Source: an uncultured bacterium
GTDB taxonomy: Bacteria; Chlamydiota; Chlamydiia; Chlamydiales; JAJFMA01
DNA length: 60,612 bases
Assembly (NCBI GenBank): GCA_964436955.1
Contig: CAYTFC010000006.1
Location: 4,390-65,001 of the forward strand
Direction: 5' to 3'
Below, piece by piece: positions 1-8,763 of the stretch (its first letter is position 1; each line of letters begins with the position of its first letter). The position numbers and the translations under genes were made by a program. A model generated the notes under the pieces. The model searched no databases and had not been told where the DNA came from. It was given only the letters and a program-made list of their open reading frames with translations.

Positions 1-189
1 TAAGACTCAATCCCCATTAGTAGAAGAGCAGGTCGCGCCTATTGTCCCATCGATTAATATTGATAAGACTCAATCCCCATTAGTAGAAGAGCAGGTCGCG
101 CCTATTGTCCCATCGATTGATATTGATAAGACTCAATCCCCATTAGTAGAAGAGCAGGTCGCGCCTGTTGTTCTATCGATTGCTATTGA
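1..189 (+). repeat. Coding tandem repeat, 63-bp unit (21 aa KTQSPLVEEQVAPIVPSINID), at least 3 copies, runs off the window edge
   Basis: Units start at 1, 64 and 127 (taagactcaatccccattagtagaagagcaggtcgcgcct...); third copy diverges at its 3' end; in frame with the 224..1747 ORF. Confidence 0.95.
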
Positions 190-1747
190 AGAAAAAAATA
201 TTGAGAAAGAATGGAACGAACTATTGAATGATCTTAGCCTTATGATCCATGAACTAATGGATTTGGATAATTATTTAAGAATTTCTACCGACGAAATGGA
301 AAGCATAGTTTCTAGATGTATGGAAGCGTTGAAAAGAGATTCTAGTGAAGTTGACCAAGAACTTATTGAGGATTTGCAGTCACTTGCTCATGAAGTTAAG
401 AATGCTCTTAACTCTGCTATTCCACCTGACCCGTTTGACAAGACGCTATGCGAGCTACTAAATCAAGCAGCCAAGGCGCGACCCAAACTATCGAAGTTAG
501 CTTTGGTAATGAAAGCTAATGAAGAGGATTTGAGAATTGCTTGTCTAAAACTTTGCAAAGATTATCCTAGAGAACTTTTAGACAGTTTTGGATTTTTAGG
601 TATTGCGAAATCAAACGGAATGTTTGTGTTTGATTTACCGCGAATATGTGCGTTTCGGGGGTTCTTTAAGGTATTAAAGTTGCTCATTGATGAAAAAATT
701 ATAGATCCAAATACACAAGATGAAGATGGATGGACATTAGCACATTTCGCATGTATGCATGTCGATGCCGCCAATCGATTGGTTGACCTTAATTCTTTAG
801 GTATTTCAACAAACATTAAAAATTCCTGGGGCGCCACTGCTGAAGATTTTGCGTTGGCAGTATCTCTTCCGAATTCTGACATACAGATTGAAGTAAATGA
901 GGAGATAATTAACACAGAAGAGTTTAAGAGCAGGTTTAATGCGGAATATAGCCGACGTACTGTATGGAATGCTAGGGGATTGATTGGATTGATGTTAGGG
1001 AATTATAAACCCAATCCAGGTCATCCCATTGTTCAAAAGGCTTATAGCACGTTCTGCAAAGAGCAAACGAGTGCAGTAGGCTTGCGTACTATTTTAGGGC
1101 TGGTTCCGATGTTTGGACAGTGGGAGGGCGTTGCGTCTAGAGACGTCAAAGCTGGAGAAGTACTTGCTGAATATGTGGGAAATCCTAGATCTCTCATGAG
1201 GGTTGGGTCAGTGGATTTAGATGCGCCCATAGCGGCGGGTGATAGATATATGAGTTTAAGCCCCGAGATTATGTTGGATGCATCAGAGATAACAAGTGAA
1301 GCTGCATTTCTAAATCACAGCTGTCCCAATTGCTTTTTAGCTCGGGTTGTAAATGAGGCCGGATTACCCGCTTTGGTGCTGGTTGCTGGGCAGAACTTGC
1401 AAAAGGGTGAGCAATTACACTTCAGTTACGGCCCTTTTTATAAGGAGACGGTTAAAGGTATGAGAGAAATCGGTGATGGAGCGAACAACTTTTTTGCTAG
1501 AACTAGAAATTTAACGGATTTACAAATCACTCGTATTCATGAACAGCCTCTGTATTCTTACACCCTGTTGTCAACAGGCGATTTTAGGCGTGGAGCGAAG
1601 ATTTCCGATCCTAAAAAAATTATTGAGCTAGCGCATAATGAAGCATGTCTAACATATATGATATTCCATCAAGATGCTGCTCCAGAGGCATGTAAGCCAT
1701 TATTATGCCAAATGGAACGCCGGTCCCCAGCAAAGCGACCCTACTAG
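2..1747 (+). CDS. 5'-partial ankyrin-repeat + SET-domain protein (putative lysine methyltransferase effector)
   Basis: Frame is open from base 2, so TTG 224 is probably not the start; ankyrin-like DPNTQDEDGWTLAHFAC and NIKNSWGATAEDFA; SET motifs RDVKAGEVLAEYVG, FLNHSCPN, GEQLHFSYG. Confidence 0.85.
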   Translation, partial: KTQSPLVEEQVAPIVPSINIDKTQSPLVEEQVAPIVPSIDIDKTQSPLVEEQVAPVVLSIAIEEKNIEKEWNELLNDLSLMIHELMDLDNYLRISTDEMESIVSRCMEALKRDSSEVDQELIEDLQSLAHEVKNALNSAIPPDPFDKTLCELLNQAAKARPKLSKLALVMKANEEDLRIACLKLCKDYPRELLDSFGFLGIAKSNGMFVFDLPRICAFRGFFKVLKLLIDEKIIDPNTQDEDGWTLAHFACMHVDAANRLVDLNSLGISTNIKNSWGATAEDFALAVSLPNSDIQIEVNEEIINTEEFKSRFNAEYSRRTVWNARGLIGLMLGNYKPNPGHPIVQKAYSTFCKEQTSAVGLRTILGLVPMFGQWEGVASRDVKAGEVLAEYVGNPRSLMRVGSVDLDAPIAAGDRYMSLSPEIMLDASEITSEAAFLNHSCPNCFLARVVNEAGLPALVLVAGQNLQKGEQLHFSYGPFYKETVKGMREIGDGANNFFARTRNLTDLQITRIHEQPLYSYTLLSTGDFRRGAKISDPKKIIELAHNEACLTYMIFHQDAAPEACKPLLCQMERRSPAKRPY

Positions 1748-1818
1748 CGGTTAAATCTTGAAGGTAATTGTATAAGACAGGGACTTAATAAGCACTACGC
1801 AAATTGGTCAATGGATAG

Positions 1819-1851
1819 GCCATGGGTATGGATATACTCATGGCTATTTTT
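1819..1851 (+). terminator. Putative Rho-independent terminator
   Basis: gccatgggtat-ggat-atactcatggc stem followed by tattttt, between convergent genes. Confidence 0.55.
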
Positions 1852-1900
1852 ATATTACCACTTCGTGCTTTCTATTACCGGCTAGTATCCAAAGACCAAA

Positions 1901-2938
1901 TTAATGATTGCGCATCATTCTTAGAAGAGTTTCGTAACCTTCGCAGACCTTTTTGAAGATGGTATCCCGACGAACTTCCCGTTGACCCTTTTTATCGAGG
2001 CCGGGAATATTAGCGATTTCCTTCATTTTAAGTTCTTCACCGAAGGCTAGCCCAATAGGAGTGTAGTTGAAAGTGCGATCTTCACCAAGCTCCTTTTCCA
2101 CTACTGGAGGAGGAGGTAGCAAATCGTGAGTGACCAAACTTAAGGGATAGAAGTGTGTGGGTGTTTTGGCTTCCTGGGCCATCAACACAAACAGTTCAAT
2201 AGCATCTCTATCGAATGGCGCAACAGGCACATGGCCAGCATCGTTCACGCGGTCGCGTCCACCACTTGGCGCCATGTAAACACATAATCCACCAGCGGTC
2301 AGCTGTCGAACGAGCTCGTGCATGGCTCGTCGATTGTGCATGAGCTTGTCAGCTTTGTTCTCAGGCTCATGATCCATATGCTTTCGCGAATAGATACATA
2401 GCATATTGCGTCCCTGACTAAAGGGCACGGCAATGGGATCAGAAATCACGCGATGGCCAGCCACAAACAGCATGTTTGCACCGATATCGGGGTAATCTTT
2501 CTCCAACATCAGATTAATAGCTTGCGGGTCGGGCTCTGTCTGGTGATTTGCATAAAAAACGCAGTTTTCACCTTGCTTAATCTGTTGAGCTATCCGAGCC
2601 AAATTGTCTTGTCCCAACAACACTGATTTTTCAAAGTTGATTAAGGGACGCACGAGATCCAAGCCAAATGTGAAATAGTTATCAGGCTTAATTGTGCGCT
2701 GGTGATAGAACTGAAACGGATAGGGAGTTTGAATCTGCTTAATAATAAGCTTTAAAAACTGCAGAGTAATCGGTGGTGCATCATCAAAGAAGTGTCCTCC
2801 TTGACGTAAGCCTTCCGTGTAACTTTCGTAGAATTGACGCAGGATTTTACCTTGACGCGGAGTCAAGACCTGCTGCTCTTCATACTTTTCTAGGCGGCTA
2901 TGAAATTCTGTCATTACGTGCAAAAAATTATGTTTCAA
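1901..2938 (-). CDS. plsB: Glycerol-3-phosphate 1-O-acyltransferase, soluble plastid/chlamydial type
   Basis: NHQTEPDP (HxxxxD), APSGGRDR, HFYPLSL, LLPPP motifs typical of plastid GPAT; start uncertain. Confidence 0.9.
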   Translation of the reverse strand: MKHNFLHVMTEFHSRLEKYEEQQVLTPRQGKILRQFYESYTEGLRQGGHFFDDAPPITLQFLKLIIKQIQTPYPFQFYHQRTIKPDNYFTFGLDLVRPLINFEKSVLLGQDNLARIAQQIKQGENCVFYANHQTEPDPQAINLMLEKDYPDIGANMLFVAGHRVISDPIAVPFSQGRNMLCIYSRKHMDHEPENKADKLMHNRRAMHELVRQLTAGGLCVYMAPSGGRDRVNDAGHVPVAPFDRDAIELFVLMAQEAKTPTHFYPLSLVTHDLLPPPPVVEKELGEDRTFNYTPIGLAFGEELKMKEIANIPGLDKKGQREVRRDTIFKKVCEGYETLLRMMRNH

Positions 2939-4466
2939 TTAGCTTCTGACTTGTTGTCGAGTAAAAGTGGAATTCATTGAGGTGCAACGTATCATCTTTT
3001 TCGAAATCAAGATGTGCATTCATGCTTTCTGCCAACTTGCGCAGGTAGGGCTTGTCGATGACTTCCAGATATTGATCAAGCTCTGGGTGCAATCTTAAGC
3101 GGACGGCAAATTGTTGCTGGCAACGAATGAGTTTGCGCAAACTGCGCTCGATTTCAATGGAAACTGTTTCGTGATTTTTGATTAGTCCGCTGCCTGCACA
3201 ATAGGGGCAAGCTGTGAATACTGTTTGCATGAGGGATCCGCGATGGCGCTGGCGTGTCATTTCGACCAATCCGAATTCGCTCATACCCAAAATCGTGCAT
3301 TTTGCCGAGTCGTCGCGCATGCAGTCCTTAATTTTGTCCAATACACGTCGCTGATTTCGGCGCAGGCGCATATCAATAAAGTCGCAAATGACTAGGCCAC
3401 CAATGTTGCGAAGGCGCAATTGGCGCGCAATCTCTTCCGCGGCTTCCAGGTTGATGTGTACTAAAGATTCTTCAACATCAGAATCGTTGTTGGAGCTGCG
3501 GCCGGAGTTGACGTCAACGGTTTGCATGGCTTCTGTGCGGTCGAAGTATAGATAGCCACCTGATGGTAACCAGACTTTACGGCGCAAGGCTTTCTCAATT
3601 TCGCGTTCGACGTTGAAGCGTTCAAACATAGGTGTTTTATCGCGATAAAATTCGATGCGCAAGGGATGTTCACTCGCATACTTGCTATACAGATTCTTGA
3701 CCGTTTGGAATGTGGGATAGTCATCAATCAAGAGGCGCTCAAATCGGCGGTCTATCGCTGTGACAAGGGCGCGCTTAATGAGGTCAGACTCTGCGTAAAG
3801 CATTCCGGGATCAGGACTTTTTTGGAATGTATCGATGGTAATTTGCCAGTTCTCCAGCAGTTCATGTGCTTCGGCAATCAGTTGCTGAGGCGTTGCTAGG
3901 CGACTGGCGGTACGACAGATGAGTCCCATGTCCCTTGGCATTTCAAAGGATCGGATGAGCTTCTTCAAGCGATCCCGCACGGCGCGGTCTTCGATCTTGC
4001 GCGAAACGCCACGATGTGGGGAGTTGGGTAGCAAAACTAGGTATCGACCTGCAATGCTCACGTTTGAAGTAAGCCTTGCACCTTTGGTTCCGATGGGTTC
4101 CTTAACAACCTGCACCAATACTGGCTGGTCAATCTTGAGAACTTCATCGATTTTCAAGTTCTTCTGCTGGCGCATATCGACTTCACCGATGTCGTAATCG
4201 AGGTCGAAGTCCATGTCGAAGATCTGTTCGAACTTACGGGTATTCTCAATGATGTCGGAGATGTGGATAAATCCATTCTCCCCTTCATTAATGTCGATAA
4301 AGGCCGATTGAATGTTGTGAAGGATATTGGTCACTCGTCCGCGGTAGATATTTCCGGCGAGCTGTCTCTCTTTCTTTCGTTCAATGATTAAATCGTAGAG
4401 GAGTCCATTGCGAAGATGCGCATAACGGCGCTCTTTTGACTCGATATTCAGTAGTATTTCATCCAT
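2928..4466 (-). CDS. rng: Rne/Rng family ribonuclease (RNase G-sized)
   Basis: S1 domain GNIYRGRV..QSAFIDI, KEPIGTKGARLT, DVNSG, LRNIGGLVICDFIDM, CPYC zinc link. Confidence 0.95.
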   Translation of the reverse strand: MDEILLNIESKERRYAHLRNGLLYDLIIERKKERQLAGNIYRGRVTNILHNIQSAFIDINEGENGFIHISDIIENTRKFEQIFDMDFDLDYDIGEVDMRQQKNLKIDEVLKIDQPVLVQVVKEPIGTKGARLTSNVSIAGRYLVLLPNSPHRGVSRKIEDRAVRDRLKKLIRSFEMPRDMGLICRTASRLATPQQLIAEAHELLENWQITIDTFQKSPDPGMLYAESDLIKRALVTAIDRRFERLLIDDYPTFQTVKNLYSKYASEHPLRIEFYRDKTPMFERFNVEREIEKALRRKVWLPSGGYLYFDRTEAMQTVDVNSGRSSNNDSDVEESLVHINLEAAEEIARQLRLRNIGGLVICDFIDMRLRRNQRRVLDKIKDCMRDDSAKCTILGMSEFGLVEMTRQRHRGSLMQTVFTACPYCAGSGLIKNHETVSIEIERSLRKLIRCQQQFAVRLRLHPELDQYLEVIDKPYLRKLAESMNAHLDFEKDDTLHLNEFHFYSTTSQKLIET

Positions 4467-4919
4467 GGCGCTATCTCATCAGCTGTGATGAAAAGCGGGG
4501 TCGGGCGAAGGTGGGGGCGGTGATCAAAAAGACCTGTTACAACGTTTCCACGCTAAGGACAAAAATTGGAAAGATCAAAGGGGTGGAAACAACCATCAAT
4601 TCCTTAATCGGAACCGGTGCGGTCGTAGTCCTTGATCTTATAACTCATTGCAATGTCCCGTTAATAATCCGTACTGAAAACGCTAAATACGCCTTTTAAA
4701 GGCGGAATAATTGTAACTTGTCTTTGATCAACTCAGCATCACACATTGACGCACGAGCGGTCGCTTTTCTCGTTTGTGGTCTAGATGAAAAGTGGTAACT
4801 AGTTGGGTGTTTTGCGCATCCTAGCTAAAAACTTTCATCGTTAATCTTTACGCTTACCGCCATGTTAGCCCATTCATTGGATCTTTTCCAGAAAAAAGCC
4901 GATGAGCCAGGAAAAACAA

Positions 4920-4948
4920 TAGACAATAAGATGAAAGTCGCCTACACT
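4920..4948 (+). promoter_or_regulatory. Putative sigma66/70 promoter of yceD-rpmF-plsX
   Basis: TAGACA-N17-TACACT, about 50 nt upstream of ATG 4997. Confidence 0.55.
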
Positions 4949-4996
4949 CAATTCTTTGAATTCAACTCCTTCATCGTTCAACCGAAATTCATCACT

Positions 4997-5506
4997 ATGT
5001 CAGTAATTGATCCAGCACTTAAAATCTATGTTGAGCAGTTGCGTGGAGGAAAAACCCAGCAGTTGTCCGAGGCGATTTCGCCTGAATTTTTGGGTGTGCA
5101 AGAGCCTGAGTTGGCGTTTCATTCTCCTGTAGTGATTGAGGGCGAAGCCTATCTTGCTCAGGATGATTTAGTCATTCAGGTCGATTTGCAAACGCAAGCG
5201 CAGATTCCTTGCCGCGTGTGCAACGAACTATTTCAGTATGATATCAGTATTCAGAAGCTCATGCATATTGAGCCAATTACAGATTTAAAGCGTGGCTATT
5301 TCGACATTAGCGAAGTTCTACGAGAAGCTATTCTTTTAGAGATTCCTGTAATTGCGGAATGCCACGATGGCCACTGTCCGGCCCGAAAGGACATGGAAGG
5401 TTACTTGAAACAATCAGTCGAAGAAGAAGAAGTCGAAGAGGGATATCATCCCTTTGAAGGACTTTCCTTGGATGATCAAGACAAAGAAAAACGACGTAAG
5501 AAATAG
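4997..5506 (+). CDS. yceD: DUF177/YceD family protein
   Basis: CRVC, DISEVLREAILLEIP, HPF motifs; directly upstream of rpmF-plsX; start moved to ATG 4997. Confidence 0.85.
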   Translation: MSVIDPALKIYVEQLRGGKTQQLSEAISPEFLGVQEPELAFHSPVVIEGEAYLAQDDLVIQVDLQTQAQIPCRVCNELFQYDISIQKLMHIEPITDLKRGYFDISEVLREAILLEIPVIAECHDGHCPARKDMEGYLKQSVEEEEVEEGYHPFEGLSLDDQDKEKRRKK

Positions 5507-5573
5507 AGTTGGCTTTTCTCAAAACTTGATTTCGGCTATGATGATTGCGCAAACCATTTAAGAGGTCATAACA

Positions 5574-5756
5574 ATGGCAGTTCCACGTAATAGAACGTCC
5601 AATGCGAGAAAGAATTCGAGACGCTCACACCATGCGAAGCGTCCTAAGTCTATTATGCGCTGCGGCAATTGCGACAGCCCGAAGCTACCACACACGCTTT
5701 GTAAGTCCTGCGGACAATATGCAGGCCGAGCGCAAGTGGCTGCTCGTGAGGCATAA
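5574..5756 (+). CDS. rpmF: 50S ribosomal protein L32
   Basis: MAVPRNRTS...CGNC...PHTLCKSCGQY zinc-ribbon; GAGG RBS. Confidence 0.97.
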   Translation: MAVPRNRTSNARKNSRRSHHAKRPKSIMRCGNCDSPKLPHTLCKSCGQYAGRAQVAAREA

Positions 5757-6761
5757 TTGAGCAAGCCGGGATTTCGGGTAGGCGTCGATTTGATGGGGAG
5801 CGATAAAGCCCCCCAGCACTTCTTCGATGCCGTTGCCGAAACCACCCAGGAGTTTGGAGATGACGATCTACTTGTGGCCTTTGGCACCGAGAGCGTCATC
5901 TCTGAGCTCCAAAAAATCGTAAATTCAAGCCGATTGCGGTTTGAAGTCTGTACACAAGTCATCGAAATGGATGATGCGCCTCTAACGGCCATTCGCCAGA
6001 AGAAAGAATCCTCCATGATTTTAGGAATGCGACAATTGCGCGATGGCGCGATTGATGCATTGGTGTCTGCGGGAAATACCGGAGCATTGATAGCTAGCGG
6101 AGCCATTCTCTTGCCGATGTTGCCTGGGGTGGAGAGACCCGCATTGTTGGCAATGTTACCCACGCGAAAAGGCTTTGTTGTTGTGATTGATGTAGGCGGC
6201 AATGTTTCGTGTAAGCCGACACATCTTGTTCAGTTTGCACGTATGGCCGCAGGTTATCTTCGCAGTTATGGAGTAACAAACACGCCCACTGTGGGGTTGC
6301 TCAATATTGGTGAGGAGTCCCAAAAGGGCACACCGGAGGCGCGTCAAGCCTATGAAATGCTGCAAGGTGCCTGTACCGATAGTGAGGGAATGGCATTTTT
6401 GGGCAATATTGAAGGACGCGAAGTCTTTCAGGGTAAGGTCGACATCTTAGTGACGGATGGATTTACCGGTAATATTTTCTTAAAAGCATCGGAAGGTGTT
6501 TCGTTTTTTATTCTTGATTATTTGCACGATGCATTTAAAGAGGATCCTGATCCACGATTGGATAATGTGATACGCACGCTGCATAGCATTGTGGATTACA
6601 ATGAGTATCCTGGAGCTATTGTGAGTGGAGTGGATCGCATTTTGATTAAGTGTCATGGCAGTTCATCATCGAGTGCAATGCGGCGCGGATTGTTGGGAGC
6701 TCGCGACTTATTGCAAGCCGGTTGGCTCGATTCCATGCGTCATCAGCTAGAAGTTACCTAA
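5757..6761 (+). CDS. plsX: Phosphate acyltransferase PlsX
   Basis: VDLMGSDKAP, SAGNTGAL, GLLNIGEE, TDGFTGNIFLK, IKCHGSS. Confidence 0.96.
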   Translation: MSKPGFRVGVDLMGSDKAPQHFFDAVAETTQEFGDDDLLVAFGTESVISELQKIVNSSRLRFEVCTQVIEMDDAPLTAIRQKKESSMILGMRQLRDGAIDALVSAGNTGALIASGAILLPMLPGVERPALLAMLPTRKGFVVVIDVGGNVSCKPTHLVQFARMAAGYLRSYGVTNTPTVGLLNIGEESQKGTPEARQAYEMLQGACTDSEGMAFLGNIEGREVFQGKVDILVTDGFTGNIFLKASEGVSFFILDYLHDAFKEDPDPRLDNVIRTLHSIVDYNEYPGAIVSGVDRILIKCHGSSSSSAMRRGLLGARDLLQAGWLDSMRHQLEVT

Positions 6762-6785
6762 GATCTACATGTTCTGTTACACGTT

Positions 6786-6809
6786 GTAGCGCCGCTTCGC
6801 CGAAGCGGC
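6786..6809 (+). repeat. REP-like palindrome (GTAG + hairpin); may double as a terminator
   Basis: GTAG-C-GCCGCTTC-GCC-GAAGCGGC; tcgccgaagcggca recurs at 39952-39965. Confidence 0.55.
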
Positions 6810-6841
6810 ATTAACAAAGCGCGATTGGAAGCGTGGTTTAC

Positions 6842-7561
6842 TCAGTCGGGGATGAGCCATTCTAATGGAATTGAAATGGTGAAGAAGTCTTTCCAACGCT
6901 GAATTCTTTGGTCCCTCAAATCAGCTTTGGCAGCTAATTGCGGGTTTTGTATCCATAACAGGTGTCTATGAAGATCTTTTACCGATGAAAGATAGTTAGG
7001 CATAATCAAATGATAAACTGTGGCAATAGCCCAAAGCCCGCCAGCGCTAATCCCTATAGAGGTTCCCACAGCAACAGATAGAGTTTGTGTTGCTAAAAGA
7101 GATGGCGCAAAGAACAAAGTGCTAGCAGCACCAATCCCGATAAGAGTGCTTATGAAAACAGGCCACTTAAGGGCCGTTCCTATCATACATAGCGCCTCGT
7201 ATCCACCGTCAGGTAACATACCTAATCCTGTGACGATAAACAGGGTTGCTGGACCTCCTAGAATTAGTGTCATACCCTTTCCCAGCACTTCCAATGCTAT
7301 TTTTGGTATCGTCGCCACAGCGCTAACGCCATGAAGTACCATCATACCAGCATGATCTACGGGACCGTACTTTCCCGCGCTATATTGTTTTAAAAGCGGC
7401 TGAGAATGGCCGAATAGTGATACGAACATTGCAAATCCTCTTCGAAGTACATACACGATAGCATGCATATGTAAAGTGTCGGTAAATGATGCGATGCCTG
7501 CGGCAAAAATACCGGCTTTATTGCCGCAGGCCAATACGAGGGGTGAGTTAAATAAATCCAT
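6842..7561 (-). CDS. Hypothetical membrane protein with Inc-like long hydrophobic region, possibly 5'-truncated
   Basis: 239-aa ORF with extended hydrophobic hairpin (WPVFISTLIGIG...GGLWAIATVYHLI); no clear RBS, start abuts the intron remnant. Confidence 0.6.
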   Translation of the reverse strand: MDLFNSPLVLACGNKAGIFAAGIASFTDTLHMHAIVYVLRRGFAMFVSLFGHSQPLLKQYSAGKYGPVDHAGMMVLHGVSAVATIPKIALEVLGKGMTLILGGPATLFIVTGLGMLPDGGYEALCMIGTALKWPVFISTLIGIGAASTLFFAPSLLATQTLSVAVGTSIGISAGGLWAIATVYHLIMPNYLSSVKDLHRHLLWIQNPQLAAKADLRDQRIQRWKDFFTISIPLEWLIPD

Positions 7562-7579
7562 ATCGCGGAAGCGATAAAA

Positions 7580-8390
7580 GTGAGTAGCCCCGCATGTAGT
7601 GGGGAGAGAGCAACATCAAAATTTTGAGTCGCGGAAGCGACGAGAGGTGCGCCTGTGAAGGCGCAGAATCAGTTTGATGAAAGTTCAAACCATAGGAGAC
7701 GACAACTATGTAGCAGAAAGTAACTGCGTCACCGTGAGGTGGGGTGGAGAGCAACTGGATGCGAAGAACCAGTCCGCAGGATGGCGAACTCGATTCGGCG
7801 GGATACCGTAGCGAGCCTCACTGTCGACGGCGAAGCTTGGAAAACACTTCTTGCGCTAGGACGTTAATAAGCGACAAGAGGACGGGTCACGTGTTTGGAG
7901 GTGGAATGGTTCGAAGGTTCTGCGATTAAGCAGGGATCACTTTAGGTGGATTGAGACACCTAAAGTTGACAGAACTCTCATAGTACCGATGACCGTAGGT
8001 CGAAACACGCGCATAACACAAGGCGCGTTTAGGGAAGGGGGGTAGGAAGATAGATGCCGAAAGGACATATAAACGTACCTTGAAAGACAGGAAGATTAGC
8101 CGCGAGCTAATCACACACGCGCAGGGAGCAACGCTAGTGAAAGAGATTTCTAAACAAGTTGCAGAGGCTACAGCCACTGAGACGAATGAGTCAGAAAAAG
8201 ACCTTCGAGCAAGATGGCACTGGGTTGAAACGAGTGTATGGACAATTAGCATGCTGACAGCCCTGGAAAACGGGGTGAAAGGAGGCAAGTGGTTTAGCCT
8301 TATAGATAAAGTCCACAAACCTAGCAATCTACAAGCAGCCTGAGTGCGAGTGCAGGCAAATAGTGGAGCAGCAGGGGTGGATAATATCTC
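7580..8390 (+). mobile_element. Truncated group II intron (5' ribozyme domains plus start of the RT ORF; DV/DVI absent)
   Basis: GTGCG at 7647 followed by gatgaaagttc and gcagaaagtaac domain I-like motifs; DIII-like catagtaccgatga...agggaagggg at ~7979-8040; downstream ORF has intron RT N-terminus; 5' boundary uncertain (7580 or 7647). Confidence 0.85.
8080..8390 (+). pseudogene. ltrA: Group II intron reverse transcriptase/maturase N-terminal fragment
   Basis: WVETSVWTISMLTALENGVKGGKWFSLIDKV...NLQAA*VRVQANSGAAGVDNIS = RT0 motif AWxxVxxNxGAAGVD with W codon mutated to TGA at 8341; homology ends ~8390. Confidence 0.85.
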
Positions 8391-8393
8391 GGA

Positions 8394-8637
8394 ACGTGAG
8401 TGATGTTACCCATTGCATCGCTATGCGCTGTGGGACGTCCTTGCGAGTTGTATTGGGTTTGGGTTACGGCAAAGGTAGATTCTGAGTCATATTTTGTGGT
8501 GAGGGTTTGGTTTCCCAGACGATCGTAGACATACGTTTCTTTGCTAAAAACTGTGCCGTACGCATCTTCGCTGCGCAGTTCTATAAGGCGATTAAGTGAA
8601 TCATGGCACTGGATTTGGGCGATATAGTCACTCTCCC
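8394..8637 (-). pseudogene. Rhs core (YD-repeat) fragment
   Basis: Ungapped homology to 12623-12866 of the Rhs gene; 62 of 81 aa identical by hand count. Confidence 0.9.
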
Positions 8638-8710
8638 TATGCTTCCGACTTGCCATTAGGGTTTGGAGCTTTTGAAAGCCTTTGCTCTTTGCCCAGCTGC
8701 GTAAATTCGG
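8634..8710 (-). pseudogene. Degenerate orphan toxin C-terminal fragment (copy 2)
   Basis: LRSWAKSKGFQKL(P)NPNGKSEA*GE with a 1-nt deletion and TGG>TAG, homologous to AKSKGFDKLPNPNGKPEAWGE at 9691-9753. Confidence 0.7.
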
Positions 8711-8763
8711 GCATTGTTTTGGATGGCTACGGATGAGTTTAGCATATTTTGATGAACAGTATT

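Noticed and set aside
1-189. CRISPR array
   Set aside because: Units are contiguous with no unique spacers, length is a multiple of 3 and in frame; no cas genes
224-226. TTG 224 as start of the Ank-SET gene
   Set aside because: Frame is open to the window edge through the coding repeats
4436-4699. 87-aa ORF in the rne leader; 4862 start for yceD
   Set aside because: No RBS or motif; the promoter-like sequence at 4920-4948 lies inside the extended yceD ORF
7580-8390. Active DGR, retron or mobile intron diversifying the toxin
   Set aside because: RT is nonsense-mutated and lacks the YADD domains; no TR/VR pair with adenine-specific mismatches; no DV/DVI
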